Shown here: positions 28,766 through 38,220 of the stretch, piece after piece
Layout of the letters: each line of letters starts with the position of its first letter
Position numbering within the stretch: the first letter of the stretch is position 1
From: Deltaproteobacteria bacterium
GTDB lineage: Bacteria > Desulfobacterota > GWC2-55-46 > JAJCZF01
DNA: 64,000 nucleotides
Assembly (NCBI GenBank): GCA_029262475.1
Contig: JAJCZG010000119.1
Coordinates: 3,378 to 67,377 of the forward strand
Reading direction: 5' to 3'
Translations under genes and position numbers: made by a program
Notes under the pieces: generated by a model
Databases searched by the model: none
Seen by the model: the letters and a program-made list of their open reading frames with translations, nothing else
Told to the model about the DNA's origin: nothing

Positions 28766-30151
28766 CTAAAAATAAATATCCCTCTTTCCGTCCTTAAGCT
28801 CTTTGAACTTTTTCTTGAGCTCTTCTTTCACGGCCTCGTTCTTTACTTCACTTAGGGCGTCGTCAATCGAGCCGTTAAATACTGGGGCTGTGCCATTGGC
28901 CCTGCCGTCGAGCAAGTATTCCTTTAAGGTCAGTATGGCGTTTGCGCCGCAAAAGTGGCCCATCTCCCCGGAGGTGGTAATTTGCGTAAACTCCTCACCT
29001 ACCCTGCCGACGCGGTAACATGCCGTACATAAGCTCGGTATATGCCCCGACTTCGCAATCGAGGCCATCACCTCGTCGAGCGAGCGCTCGTCGCTCGTCG
29101 TAAACTGCTTTAAGGTCTCCTCCTTGGCGCCGTCCTTCGGGTTATAGCCGCCGGGGTCGGTGCGTGAAGCGGCACTCACCTGAGAAGCCCCGCACTCTAT
29201 TAGCCTCGCCCTGAGTTCGGCAGACTCCCTGGTAGTAGCCACTACTCCGGCCGAAGGCACCGATAATCTGTAAATACTTACGATTTGCTCCATATCGTCG
29301 TCGGTGACAGTAAACGTCCTATCCTCCATGAGGCTCCCGGTAGCGGGCTTTAACCTCGGGATGGATATCGTATGAGCGTGCGCAGAGAACCTCTCGTATA
29401 GATGGTACGAGTGTGCAACGGTAGCGAGCACCTCGAAGCGCCAGTCGTAGAGCCCTAAGAGAGAGCCTATGCCAACGTCGCCGAAGCCTGCGGTAAGGGC
29501 GCGGTCCATGACCGAGATCCTATAGTCGTAGTCCCGTTTCTTACCTGTAGGGTGCACCTCTTCGTAAGTTGGCCTGTGATACGTCTCCTGAAAGACCTGA
29601 AAGAGGCCGACCCCGGCGCTCTTTAGCTCTCTTAACTCTTCGGTATCCATCGGAGGGGCGTTCACGTGGACTATCCTTATGCCGGTATTTGCGTATATAG
29701 CACGAACCGCATCCTTTATATAGGAGAGCGGCCACCTGGAGTCCTCCCCGAGGACCAAAAGGAGCCTCTTAAAACCCTTTTCTTCAAGAGAGCGAGCCTC
29801 GCTTATTATCTCTTCCGTCGTAAGGGCTTTTCTCTCCACACCGGTATTGGAGCTCCTAAAACCACAGTAGATGCAGCCGTTGGTGCAGTAATTAGTGAGG
29901 TAAAGCGGGGCAAAGAGGACGACACGTTTACCAAAGACTTTTGTCTTCACCTCTGAGGCGGCGGCCCTTATTAGAGCTCTATCCGCCTCACCTGTAGCGT
30001 TTAGGAGGGTAGCGGTCTCCTCTAGCGTTATCCCGCCGGCCTCTTCGGCCTTACTGAGTATTTTCTTTATATCCCCTGTGGAAGGAGCATGGGTTCTCTC
30101 CAGAAGGCTCTCTATTCGATTAGTATCAACTATCATGATCTTATCCCGCAC
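28766..30151 (-). CDS. hydG: HydG-type tyrosine-cleaving radical SAM enzyme in ThiH position
   Basis: CTNGCIYC, FQETYH, HTISIPRL, C-terminal CTAC-X22-C, NAILTLKEYL, GKRDIYF; 461 aa. Confidence 0.8.
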   Translation of the reverse strand: MRDKIMIVDTNRIESLLERTHAPSTGDIKKILSKAEEAGGITLEETATLLNATGEADRALIRAAASEVKTKVFGKRVVLFAPLYLTNYCTNGCIYCGFRSSNTGVERKALTTEEIISEARSLEEKGFKRLLLVLGEDSRWPLSYIKDAVRAIYANTGIRIVHVNAPPMDTEELRELKSAGVGLFQVFQETYHRPTYEEVHPTGKKRDYDYRISVMDRALTAGFGDVGIGSLLGLYDWRFEVLATVAHSYHLYERFSAHAHTISIPRLKPATGSLMEDRTFTVTDDDMEQIVSIYRLSVPSAGVVATTRESAELRARLIECGASQVSAASRTDPGGYNPKDGAKEETLKQFTTSDERSLDEVMASIAKSGHIPSLCTACYRVGRVGEEFTQITTSGEMGHFCGANAILTLKEYLLDGRANGTAPVFNGSIDDALSEVKNEAVKEELKKKFKELKDGKRDIYF

Positions 30152-30192
30152 GTTATATTCAAAGACGCCCTCTCTCGAGGCGCATGAAGACG

Positions 30193-30222
30193 AAAAAAGC
30201 CGCCCTGATTAAAAGGCGGCTT
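30193..30222 (-). terminator. Riboswitch-controlled attenuator terminator
   Basis: AAGCCGCC-loop-GGCGGCTTTTTT; 5' arm complementary to GCGGCTT at the 3' end of the aptamer. Confidence 0.8.
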
Positions 30223-30263
30223 GTCGGAGAGAAGGAATAATCTCTCTAAAACAATTTATATAA

Positions 30264-30356
30264 AGCCGCTTCCCTACGCCGGCATTACCCGGTTCAGGTC
30301 GAAAGGGTCATTCAAACAAGAAACTCTCAGTCCGTGAAGGACTCCCCTAGCGATTA
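30264..30356 (-). promoter_or_regulatory. TPP riboswitch
   Basis: GCTAGGGGAGTCC..GGACTGAGA..ACCCTTTCGACCTGAACCGGGTAATGCCGGCGTAGGGAAGC. Confidence 0.95.
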
Positions 30357-30364
30357 TCGAATAT

Positions 30365-30967
30365 CTACATAAGTTTGCTAGCCGAAATTACCGACTCGGC
30401 GATCTCGTGCATCTTCTTATTCTCCTTCTGAGAATGGCTTTGAAGGAGCTTAAAGGCCTCCTCCTCGCTTATATTACAGCGCTTCATTACGATGCCCTTG
30501 GCCCTCTCGATGAGCTTTCTCGTCTCGATGGCCTGCTTTAAATCCTTTACTTCGTCCTTCAGGCCAAGGAACTGCTCGAAACGCGCCAGGGCGACCTTTA
30601 TCGCCGGCTCAAGGTGTTTCTTTGTGATGGGTTTTACGAGATATGCGAAGACCCCTGCCTCAACAGCCTTATTGGCAAGCTCGTCTGTTGATACTCCCGT
30701 AACGAGGATCACCGGCACGGGATTTTCCTTCGTGATCTCATATGCGGCCTCAATGCCGTCCATCTTCGGCATCTTTACGTCCATTATTACCAGCGAAGGC
30801 ATGTGCTCTTCTGCGAGGGAAACCGCCTCTTCTCCGTTGGATGCGGCACCCACCACTACATAACCAAGCGCCTCCAGATGCCCCTTGAGGCACTTTCTCG
30901 TCTGGGCGTGATCCTCTGCTATAAGTACAGTCTTTCCGTTCTGATGCTGCTTAATTTCTTTGGCCAT
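30365..30967 (-). CDS. REC-ANTAR response regulator
   Basis: VLIAED, MDVKMP, YLVKP; RKLIERAKGIVM...SEEEAF. Confidence 0.93.
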   Translation of the reverse strand: MAKEIKQHQNGKTVLIAEDHAQTRKCLKGHLEALGYVVVGAASNGEEAVSLAEEHMPSLVIMDVKMPKMDGIEAAYEITKENPVPVILVTGVSTDELANKAVEAGVFAYLVKPITKKHLEPAIKVALARFEQFLGLKDEVKDLKQAIETRKLIERAKGIVMKRCNISEEEAFKLLQSHSQKENKKMHEIAESVISASKLM

Positions 30968-31143
30968 TCTTCACCCGGTATACTGTGTACGTTAAGATTC
31001 ACCAGACCCGTGCGTCGGGTCGATCGCTTATTTGTATTCACTACCTAGTCTATTAAAAATAACCTATATTTAATAGCCCTGTCAAGATAGTTTTTTAGCT
31101 TTAAATGCACTCAGTTAAGATTAAAAGAATATTAAAGTAACTC

Positions 31144-32511
31144 TTATCGCCTAAAGCTACTTGCCCCGTTCTCCCCCCGGCGATCAAGTGAGGTGAATAT
31201 CCTCTCCGAGAGAGTAACGATGGCAAGCACACCCACCACGAAGAACCCGAGGGAGGCGAGATAAAGCCTGTGCTCGAAGATAACGTCTATGATCGGTATA
31301 AAGCTCGAAGTAGGTGATAATGTTATGAAAAACCAGAATATAAAAAATGACGCTACTGCCCCTGTCCCCCGGACGCCGCCAGAAAGCTTGCTGCTTTCGG
31401 CCTCGCCTGTGGCAGGCCCAACGGAGTGGCGAGCGAGGTAAAAGGCCGCGCACAAGATCAACGCCAGTATAAGAAGAGAGACCACGGACGGGGGCTGAGG
31501 GTAATTCAGCACGGTGCCTCCCTTTACCTTCGGGGCCTTGAAGAGTGAGGTTGAAACCGGGAAATCATAATCGATATTCTGGTTAACCGGAACCGCAAGG
31601 AGCGTTATATAATACGTCAGCACGTTTAACTGTGTGTACATATACTCGCTCGGGCTCAGTCCCTTCACGTTAAAACCGGCGCTCTCCCACGACTCCCTTG
31701 GAGCGACACCTTCCGAGGAGACGACCCCGGCGGCGGCTGAGAGACCATCCGAGCCGATGGCTCCGTCACTGAGGTCGCCAAAACCGCCTAGCGGGATGAT
31801 AGTAGAGACGGCGAAGTAGATGAGGAGCGTTAGGAGCAGGGCGTAGAAGGGCGCTCTCTTAACGAGCCCTCTTAGCCCAAAACCACTAAGGAAGTAATAG
31901 TCGTAGAGTATGATAAGGGCTGGGAGCGTAATGGCTATCTCCTTGGAGTAAAAGGCCATTACATAAGTAAATAATACGCCGAAGTAGAGGAGTATCTTCG
32001 ATTGCAGCCGCTTTACTCCGTCGGCGAAGATAAAGAGGAGCAGCGCCAGGAGGCAAAATAATGCGCTAAGGCTCTCCATGCGCTGCACTATATAGGTAAC
32101 CGACTGCGTTTGAACCGGATGAAGGGCGAAGAGGAGCGCGGAGAAAAATGCAACGGCCCTTACCCTCGGCACGGGCCAAGAGAGGCGCGTAAATGTAGCG
32201 GCAAGCACAAAGTACGAGAGTATGGAGCTTATTATGTGTATAAGGGTATTAACCAGATGAAACCCGGTAACGTCTAGCCCGGAGGCCAGGTAATTTAGGG
32301 CGAATGTATGAAAGGTTACGCCGCGTAGCTCCTGAAAGAGTATATACGGCAAGTAGGTGAGGTTCCTTATGCGCGGGTTTCCCGCAATCTGCCTGAAGTC
32401 GTCTAAGTGAAAGGCCGAGGTAAAGGTATTGGAATAGACTACGATAACCGAGGCGCATATGATGGCGGCGGCTACAACGGGAAACAGTCTCGCTGAGAAG
32501 AAGCTACGCAT
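31144..32511 (-). CDS. TMTC-like GT-C membrane glycosyltransferase without TPRs
   Basis: FHLDD, FHLVNTLIH, LFALHPVQTQSVTYIVQR, SKE, IDY, FEHRLYL; ATG 32511 overlaps upstream stop. Confidence 0.75.
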   Translation of the reverse strand: MRSFFSARLFPVVAAAIICASVIVVYSNTFTSAFHLDDFRQIAGNPRIRNLTYLPYILFQELRGVTFHTFALNYLASGLDVTGFHLVNTLIHIISSILSYFVLAATFTRLSWPVPRVRAVAFFSALLFALHPVQTQSVTYIVQRMESLSALFCLLALLLFIFADGVKRLQSKILLYFGVLFTYVMAFYSKEIAITLPALIILYDYYFLSGFGLRGLVKRAPFYALLLTLLIYFAVSTIIPLGGFGDLSDGAIGSDGLSAAAGVVSSEGVAPRESWESAGFNVKGLSPSEYMYTQLNVLTYYITLLAVPVNQNIDYDFPVSTSLFKAPKVKGGTVLNYPQPPSVVSLLILALILCAAFYLARHSVGPATGEAESSKLSGGVRGTGAVASFFIFWFFITLSPTSSFIPIIDVIFEHRLYLASLGFFVVGVLAIVTLSERIFTSLDRRGENGASSFRR

Positions 32512-33175
32512 CTCTTCCCTTCTTATCGCTATCTGACACCGCGCTTCCACCAGACGGCTTGGCGCTTCTATTGGACGGCTTACCTGCTGCCCTGCCGGAA
32601 GATTTATTTAATCTCCCGGCGGACGGCCTGGCGCTTCCACCGGACGGCCCGGACTTAGGAGCTCTACCCTTAGCCGAAGGGGATGGCTCACTACTACTAC
32701 CACTACCTGCTTCGTCCGGCTTTGAGGCGGCCTTACCTCTATAGCCGCCTCCTCTTCCTACCCTTCCGGAGCTACTCCTTCCAGTCGGCTTGGCCCCGGA
32801 CGTTCTTCTATCCCTGCCCTTCACCTCACCCGGCTTCCCGTCTCTTGCAAGCTTCTCCTTTAAGAGAGAGAGCTCCTGGGTAAGGACCTTATTCTTGTCA
32901 TAGAGGATGGAGATTACGACAGAGAAGTGAAGGAGTATCAGGATAACGAATATAAAGGCTACCAGGAAGAGCAGCGAGGGGGCGTATGAGACGCCGACCA
33001 TCCCTGCAATCCTGTCCAGAAGGCCGCGCCAGAGCGACAAGATGATAACGACTACGGAGAGCGCGAGCCAGAGGACGGAGTACTTCTCCTTTAGAAGATT
33101 TCGCCTTACGAAGTCCACTACCACTGCGAATAAGAAGACGCTCGCAAGTATGGAAATAATTTGAACGGTATTCAT
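32504..33175 (-). CDS. DUF2304-family membrane protein with long basic low-complexity tail
   Basis: VRRNLLKEKYSVLW, GVSYAPSLLF, LTQELSLL; follows GT2. Confidence 0.85.
   Translation of the reverse strand: MNTVQIISILASVFLFAVVVDFVRRNLLKEKYSVLWLALSVVVIILSLWRGLLDRIAGMVGVSYAPSLLFLVAFIFVILILLHFSVVISILYDKNKVLTQELSLLKEKLARDGKPGEVKGRDRRTSGAKPTGRSSSGRVGRGGGYRGKAASKPDEAGSGSSSEPSPSAKGRAPKSGPSGGSARPSAGRLNKSSGRAAGKPSNRSAKPSGGSAVSDSDKKGRDA
32541..32651. repeat. Imperfect ~21-nt tandem repeat inside the DUF2304 tail
   Basis: Units GCGCTTCCACCAGACGGCTTG / GCGCTTCTATTGGACGGCTTA / GCGCTTCCACCGGACGGCCCG encoding xPSxxSA. Confidence 0.6.
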
Positions 33176-33241
33176 AAGCCTCCGAAGCGGAAAACACTGG
33201 TATCTTTATCCATTAAATGTACCATGAGCCGCGCTCTATTT

Positions 33242-33955
33242 CTACTTGTCGGGCCTCCTAAGGAGGTCGACGAAGATGGCGAATAGGACTTTTAGCATAT
33301 AATAGACAGACCACATGGGGGTAATAGAGCTGCTCCCCCCCTTTCTGCCGGTCATCTTAACGGGCACTTCCATTATGCGGAAACCCTTCTTGTGGAGCAT
33401 AACGAGCACCTCGACCTCCGGGTAATCCTCCGGGTAATTCGTGCAATAATACTCTATCACACGCCTCCCGACGGCCCTGAAGCCTGATGTCGTATCCGTA
33501 AGGCGCTCCTTAATGATAAAAGAGACGACCCTTGAAAATATCGCAATACCCGCCCCGCGTGGTATCGACGGCCTGTAGTCCCCGGTCCCCAGGAAGCGTG
33601 AGCCGACGACGACGTCCGCCTCGCCTCTAACGACAGGGGCGACGATCTCTCTAATCTGAATGGCCGGGTGTTGACCGTCGCCGTCCACCTGCACGGCTAT
33701 ATCGTAGCCGTTATCGCGCGCGTATTTATACCCGGTCTGAACGGCGCCGCCTATTCCGAGGTTATAGGCGAGGGTAAGTACCTTCGCACCGCGAGAAGTG
33801 GCAATTTTACCGGTCTCATCCGAGGAGCCGTCGTCTATAACGACAATATCGCCTTCGGGGAAGCCGTCCCTGACCGAATCTATTACAGCTCCGATGGTCG
33901 CCTCTTCCTGAAATGCAGGTACTATAATCAGTGTTTTAGGGATTTTGGGGCTCAT
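33242..33955 (-). CDS. GT2 glycosyltransferase (polyprenol-phosphate sugar synthase-like)
   Basis: IVPAFQEE, IDDGSSD, VDGDGQH, GSRF, DTTSGFR. Confidence 0.92.
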   Translation of the reverse strand: MSPKIPKTLIIVPAFQEEATIGAVIDSVRDGFPEGDIVVIDDGSSDETGKIATSRGAKVLTLAYNLGIGGAVQTGYKYARDNGYDIAVQVDGDGQHPAIQIREIVAPVVRGEADVVVGSRFLGTGDYRPSIPRGAGIAIFSRVVSFIIKERLTDTTSGFRAVGRRVIEYYCTNYPEDYPEVEVLVMLHKKGFRIMEVPVKMTGRKGGSSSITPMWSVYYMLKVLFAIFVDLLRRPDK

Positions 33956-34038
33956 ATCTGAAGGCCCTTAGAAAGTAAGGTAAATTAACGAGTTACACAA
34001 GAGGGATACAAATACGGTCACAGTAGCCGAATGCTTTT

Positions 34039-34125
34039 TGGTGCCGAAGGGGGGACTCGAACCCCCACAGGCTTTCACCCACTAGAACCTGAATCTAGCG
34101 CGTCTACCAATTCCGCCACTTCGGC
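34039..34125 (-). tRNA. tRNA-Leu(CAG)
   Basis: GCCGAAGTGGCGGAATTGGTAGACGC..CTAGA-TTCAGGT-TCTAG, long variable arm, GTTCGAGTC, CCA. Confidence 0.97.
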
Positions 34126-34147
34126 CCTTAAAACCCTCTAATTTTGC

Positions 34148-34176
34148 TTGCAAAAGAGGGTAAATAAAGCTATATT
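34148..34176 (+). promoter_or_regulatory. sigma70-type promoter of tal operon
   Basis: TTGCAA-17 nt-TATATT. Confidence 0.45.
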
Positions 34177-34291
34177 CAGAAGGTCCGGAGCCCTGCTTCG
34201 AAACCTTATCACAATCAACTTCAATCTTAAATATTCGCATACAATCTTTTTTTAGTCAATATATTTCACAGCCGGAGAAAGGGAGACACCG

Positions 34292-34939
34292 ATGAAGTTT
34301 TTTATAGATACGGCCAACATAGAAGAGATCAAAACAGCCGAAGACTGGGGGCTCCTCGACGGCGTCACCACGAACCCTACGCTCATAAGCAGGGAAAACA
34401 GGAGTTTTGAGGAGACGATAAAAGAAATTTGCAGCGTAGTGGACGGGCCGGTTAGCGCCGAGGCCGTGAGCCTCGACTCGGATGGGCTTATAAAAGAGGC
34501 CCATACGCTCGCGGCGATGGACGAAAAGATCGTCGTAAAGATCCCGATGACCCTCGAAGGGCTAAAGGCCGTAAAGGCCGTCTCAAAGGACGGCATAAAG
34601 ACCAACGTTACACTTTGCTTCTCCCCGCTCCAGGCGCTCCTCGCCGCAAAGGCCGGGGCCACATACATAAGCCCTTTTGTCGGACGCCTCGATGATATCT
34701 CCCACACCGGCATGGATCTAATAGAGCAGATAGTCTCCATATACGAGAACTACAACTTCATGACCGAGGTCATCGTCGCAAGCGTTAGAAGCCCGCTCCA
34801 TGTACTTGAGGCCGCCCTCGGCGGCGCCGATATCTCCACCATACCCTTTAACGTCTTAAAGCAACTCGCAAACCACCCCCTTACCGACTCAGGCATAGAA
34901 AAGTTTTTAAAGGACTGGGAGTCGGTGCCCAAAGGCTAG
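34292..34939 (+). CDS. tal: Transaldolase (FSA-like short family)
   Basis: [26 protein letters not shown] (Phe, as in transaldolases). Confidence 0.92.
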   Translation: MKFFIDTANIEEIKTAEDWGLLDGVTTNPTLISRENRSFEETIKEICSVVDGPVSAEAVSLDSDGLIKEAHTLAAMDEKIVVKIPMTLEGLKAVKAVSKDGIKTNVTLCFSPLQALLAAKAGATYISPFVGRLDDISHTGMDLIEQIVSIYENYNFMTEVIVASVRSPLHVLEAALGGADISTIPFNVLKQLANHPLTDSGIEKFLKDWESVPKG

Positions 34940-34967
34940 AAGCCCCCAAGAGGAGAATTGAACCACC

Positions 34968-36704
34968 TTGTCAGCCCCGGAGACACAAAAGACCATACCA
35001 TACGGCCTCTTCTCTACTACTAAAACCTTTAACAGGGACAAAGTAAGGCTCCTTACCCGAGACGGAACGGCACTCACCCACCGGGAGACCGAGCAGCGCG
35101 TAAGGGGGCTCGCCAGAGGGCTTTTATCCCTTGGTATCCAGCCGGGCGAGAGGGTGGCGATACTCCAGCACAACTCACCGGAATGGATCATAACCGACCT
35201 CGCCGTCGCCTCCATAGGCGCGGTAAGCGTACCCGTCTACTGTGCCCAGAGCAGAGACGAGATCATCTATATCCTTAACGACTCCGCCGTTCGCTCTATA
35301 GTCTTTACCGAAGACGAAGCCCGTAAGGCCCTATCGATAAACAAAGCCGTCCCGATGCTTAAGGAACTCATAAGCACCACAGATAAGAGCGAAGAAGGAG
35401 TTTTGACCGTATCCGCTCTCAGTACCGAAGGAGCAAACGGAGCCTTCGACGAGGAGCTATCCAAGCGGCTCGCCGCCCTTAAACCGGAAGACCTCTTCTC
35501 CATAATCTATACATCAGGCACCACGGGCCGCCCCAAGGGCGTGATGCTTAGCCACGGCAATATCATCTCCAATATCGATTCGGCCCTTAAATCCATAGAT
35601 ATCACAGAAGCGGACCTTTACCTCTCATACCTGCCGCTAAGCCACATCATGGAGCGCATGGTGAACCACCTCCTTATTCGCTCCGGCGCAAAGATTGCCT
35701 ACTCCACCGGCTTTGCCTTCGTCGGGGCCGACGCAGCGCACTTTAAGCCGACCATTATGGCAGGCGTGCCATTCTTCTTCGAGAGGATTAAGGAAAAGAT
35801 TCTGGAAGCGGCCAATGCCTCAGGGCCGATCAAGAAGAAGCTCTTCTACACGGCCATCGGCAGCGGGAAGGAAACTGCGGCGGGAAAAAAATCCGCCGGA
35901 GCGGGCTTTATCCACTCGATGGTGACCAAAAAGGTCCGTGAAAAGGCCGGGCCGAATATCCGCTTCTTCATCTCCGGCGGAGCGGCGCTCTCGAAGGCTA
36001 CGGCGGACTTTTTCTTTGCTTTAGGTTTGCCGGTCCTGGAAGGCTACGGACTAACCGAGACCTCACCGGTTATTAGCTTTAACACCCTTGAGCTGGTAAA
36101 GACCGGAACGGTCGGGAAGCCAATCGACGGCGTAGAGGTAAATATCGCTAAAGACGGAGAGATACTCGTAAAAGGCCCCGGCGTAATGTCGGGCTACCTT
36201 GGTATGCCCGAAGAGAGTAGAAGGGCGCTCAGGGACGGCTGGTTTCACACCGGGGATGTCGGGGATATAGACGATGAGGGCTTCCTTACGATAACAGACA
36301 GGAAGAAGGATATAATCGTAACGAGCGTCGGTAAGAACATCTCTCCGCAAAAGATTGAGACTCTCCTCAGGAGCGACCCGCAGATAAAAGAAGCGCTGGT
36401 CTACGGTAGCGGCAGGGCGCATCTCGTAGCGCTCATCGTTGCCGAGCCGGAGAGGTTTAGGGAATTAGCCGCCGAAGCCGGCGTGGCTGAAGAGAATATA
36501 CTTACGGACGAGCGCATGGTAAAATATTTCGAGAAGATCATCCACGAAAAGCTTAAGGGACTTTCGAGATACGAGCAAATTCGACGTTTCGCCCTCATCG
36601 AAGATACGATAACAATAGAAGCAGGCGAGCTCACCCCTACGATGAAGGTCAAGAGGGAGAAGGTCGGAGAGCGCCTTAAGGCCGCTATCGACGCCCTCTA
36701 CTAA
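34968..36704 (+). CDS. Long-chain fatty acid--CoA ligase
   Basis: YTSGTTGRPKG, LPLSH, EGYGLTET, WFHTGD, DRKKD. Confidence 0.92.
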   Translation: MSAPETQKTIPYGLFSTTKTFNRDKVRLLTRDGTALTHRETEQRVRGLARGLLSLGIQPGERVAILQHNSPEWIITDLAVASIGAVSVPVYCAQSRDEIIYILNDSAVRSIVFTEDEARKALSINKAVPMLKELISTTDKSEEGVLTVSALSTEGANGAFDEELSKRLAALKPEDLFSIIYTSGTTGRPKGVMLSHGNIISNIDSALKSIDITEADLYLSYLPLSHIMERMVNHLLIRSGAKIAYSTGFAFVGADAAHFKPTIMAGVPFFFERIKEKILEAANASGPIKKKLFYTAIGSGKETAAGKKSAGAGFIHSMVTKKVREKAGPNIRFFISGGAALSKATADFFFALGLPVLEGYGLTETSPVISFNTLELVKTGTVGKPIDGVEVNIAKDGEILVKGPGVMSGYLGMPEESRRALRDGWFHTGDVGDIDDEGFLTITDRKKDIIVTSVGKNISPQKIETLLRSDPQIKEALVYGSGRAHLVALIVAEPERFRELAAEAGVAEENILTDERMVKYFEKIIHEKLKGLSRYEQIRRFALIEDTITIEAGELTPTMKVKREKVGERLKAAIDALY

Positions 36705-36744
36705 CGCTTCGCACCAGCCGGTAAATGGAGAAAGGAGTTTCCCC

Positions 36745-38190
36745 GTGCGGAAATCTATAAAGTTTCTCATTCTCGCTGCCATGATTACCCTAACCCTGCC
36801 TTTACTCTCTCCGGGGGGCTGCAAGGTTATGGCGGCTGAACTAAAACACTCGACTACGGAGGCGGACCGGAGGTCCGTAACGCTTACAATCTATAGTAGT
36901 GGGCCTGCCCTTATAGCCGATACTAGAGATATTAAAGTCGCCTCGCCCCGTGGCGCCCTTACCATGCTCGACGTACCGAAGACCATCCGCCCGGAGACGC
37001 TTCAGGTAGTAGCCAGGGACAAACGTGGTGGCGCTATAGACGGCTTAAAAGTCCTGGAAGCGAATTTCACATACGACCTCGCCTCAAATAGCAAGATACT
37101 TAAAAAGTTCATTGGCGAAGAGGTTACGCTCGTTGAAGATAACGATTTCCAGGATAGGACGAAGACAACGAAGGCAAGGCTCCTTAGATTTGACGGCGGG
37201 CCGGTATTTCTTATAGACGGAGAAGTTCACATAGGTCATCCGGGACGAATCGTACTCCCTGAAACTAAAGGCTTAACGCTAGCTCCGGCACTTAGCGTCA
37301 GGTACTCATCGCCAAGGCCCACGGCAGTTGACCTTACCGCCGTATATCAGGCGATGAGTATTGACTGGTCTGCGGACTATTCGCTTACACTCTCTAACTC
37401 CGGGACAAGCGCAAAGCTTTCAAGCTGGATAACGGTCGGAAACAATAGCGGCACGGACTTTAGAGGAGCCGGTATTACTGTCGTCGCCGGGGATATAAAC
37501 CGCGCACCCGAGGCGAATTATCCACGCATGAAGAGGTCCATGGTGATGATGGAGGCTTCAAGCGAACCCGTAACTAAGGGCGTCTTTGAATATTACCAAA
37601 TCAAAGTCCCGGGAAAAAAGACAATTCTGGACGGTGAGTCCAGGCACTTCGCTTATATGGCTTCGACCATTACCGGCGTAAAGAAGGAATATACGATCCG
37701 TGACAGAGCGGATTATAGTGGTCAGGCGGACGGGAAGACTAAACTTCCGGTCGAAGTCTCGGTTAAATTTAAGAACTCCAAAGAAAATAACGCTGGCGTC
37801 GCCCTCCCAGCCGGTATAATGCGTATTTACCATAAGAAAGGGAAAGAAGCTCCATTCTTTATCGGGGAAGAGCGCATAGGTAACACCCCGGAAGGCGAGG
37901 CTGTTAAGGTAAAGGCCGGTAGCGCTTTCGACATAACTGCGACGCGCACCGTAACCGACTTTAAGCGCATAAGGACCAGGCTCCATGAAGAGGCTGTAAG
38001 CGTCGCAATTAAAAACAGCAAGAAAGAGCCGGTTACCGTAACGGTAAAGAGTTCGCTAAGCGGCAGCTGGGAAATACTCGCCAGCTCCGAGCCATATAAG
38101 AAACTCGACGCCTATACCATAGGTTTTGATTTGACACTCCCCCCGGGCGGTGAGACGGAGCTTAGCTACCGTTACCGTACCGAACAGTAA
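36745..38190 (+). CDS. Exported DUF4139-domain protein
   Basis: Signal peptide; VTLTIYS, WSADY, NNSG, LPAGIMRIY, FIGEERI, AFD. Confidence 0.8.
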   Translation: MRKSIKFLILAAMITLTLPLLSPGGCKVMAAELKHSTTEADRRSVTLTIYSSGPALIADTRDIKVASPRGALTMLDVPKTIRPETLQVVARDKRGGAIDGLKVLEANFTYDLASNSKILKKFIGEEVTLVEDNDFQDRTKTTKARLLRFDGGPVFLIDGEVHIGHPGRIVLPETKGLTLAPALSVRYSSPRPTAVDLTAVYQAMSIDWSADYSLTLSNSGTSAKLSSWITVGNNSGTDFRGAGITVVAGDINRAPEANYPRMKRSMVMMEASSEPVTKGVFEYYQIKVPGKKTILDGESRHFAYMASTITGVKKEYTIRDRADYSGQADGKTKLPVEVSVKFKNSKENNAGVALPAGIMRIYHKKGKEAPFFIGEERIGNTPEGEAVKVKAGSAFDITATRTVTDFKRIRTRLHEEAVSVAIKNSKKEPVTVTVKSSLSGSWEILASSEPYKKLDAYTIGFDLTLPPGGETELSYRYRTEQ

Positions 38191-38220
38191 TATGGTGGAG
38201 CGCTCCGGGAAAGAAACAGC

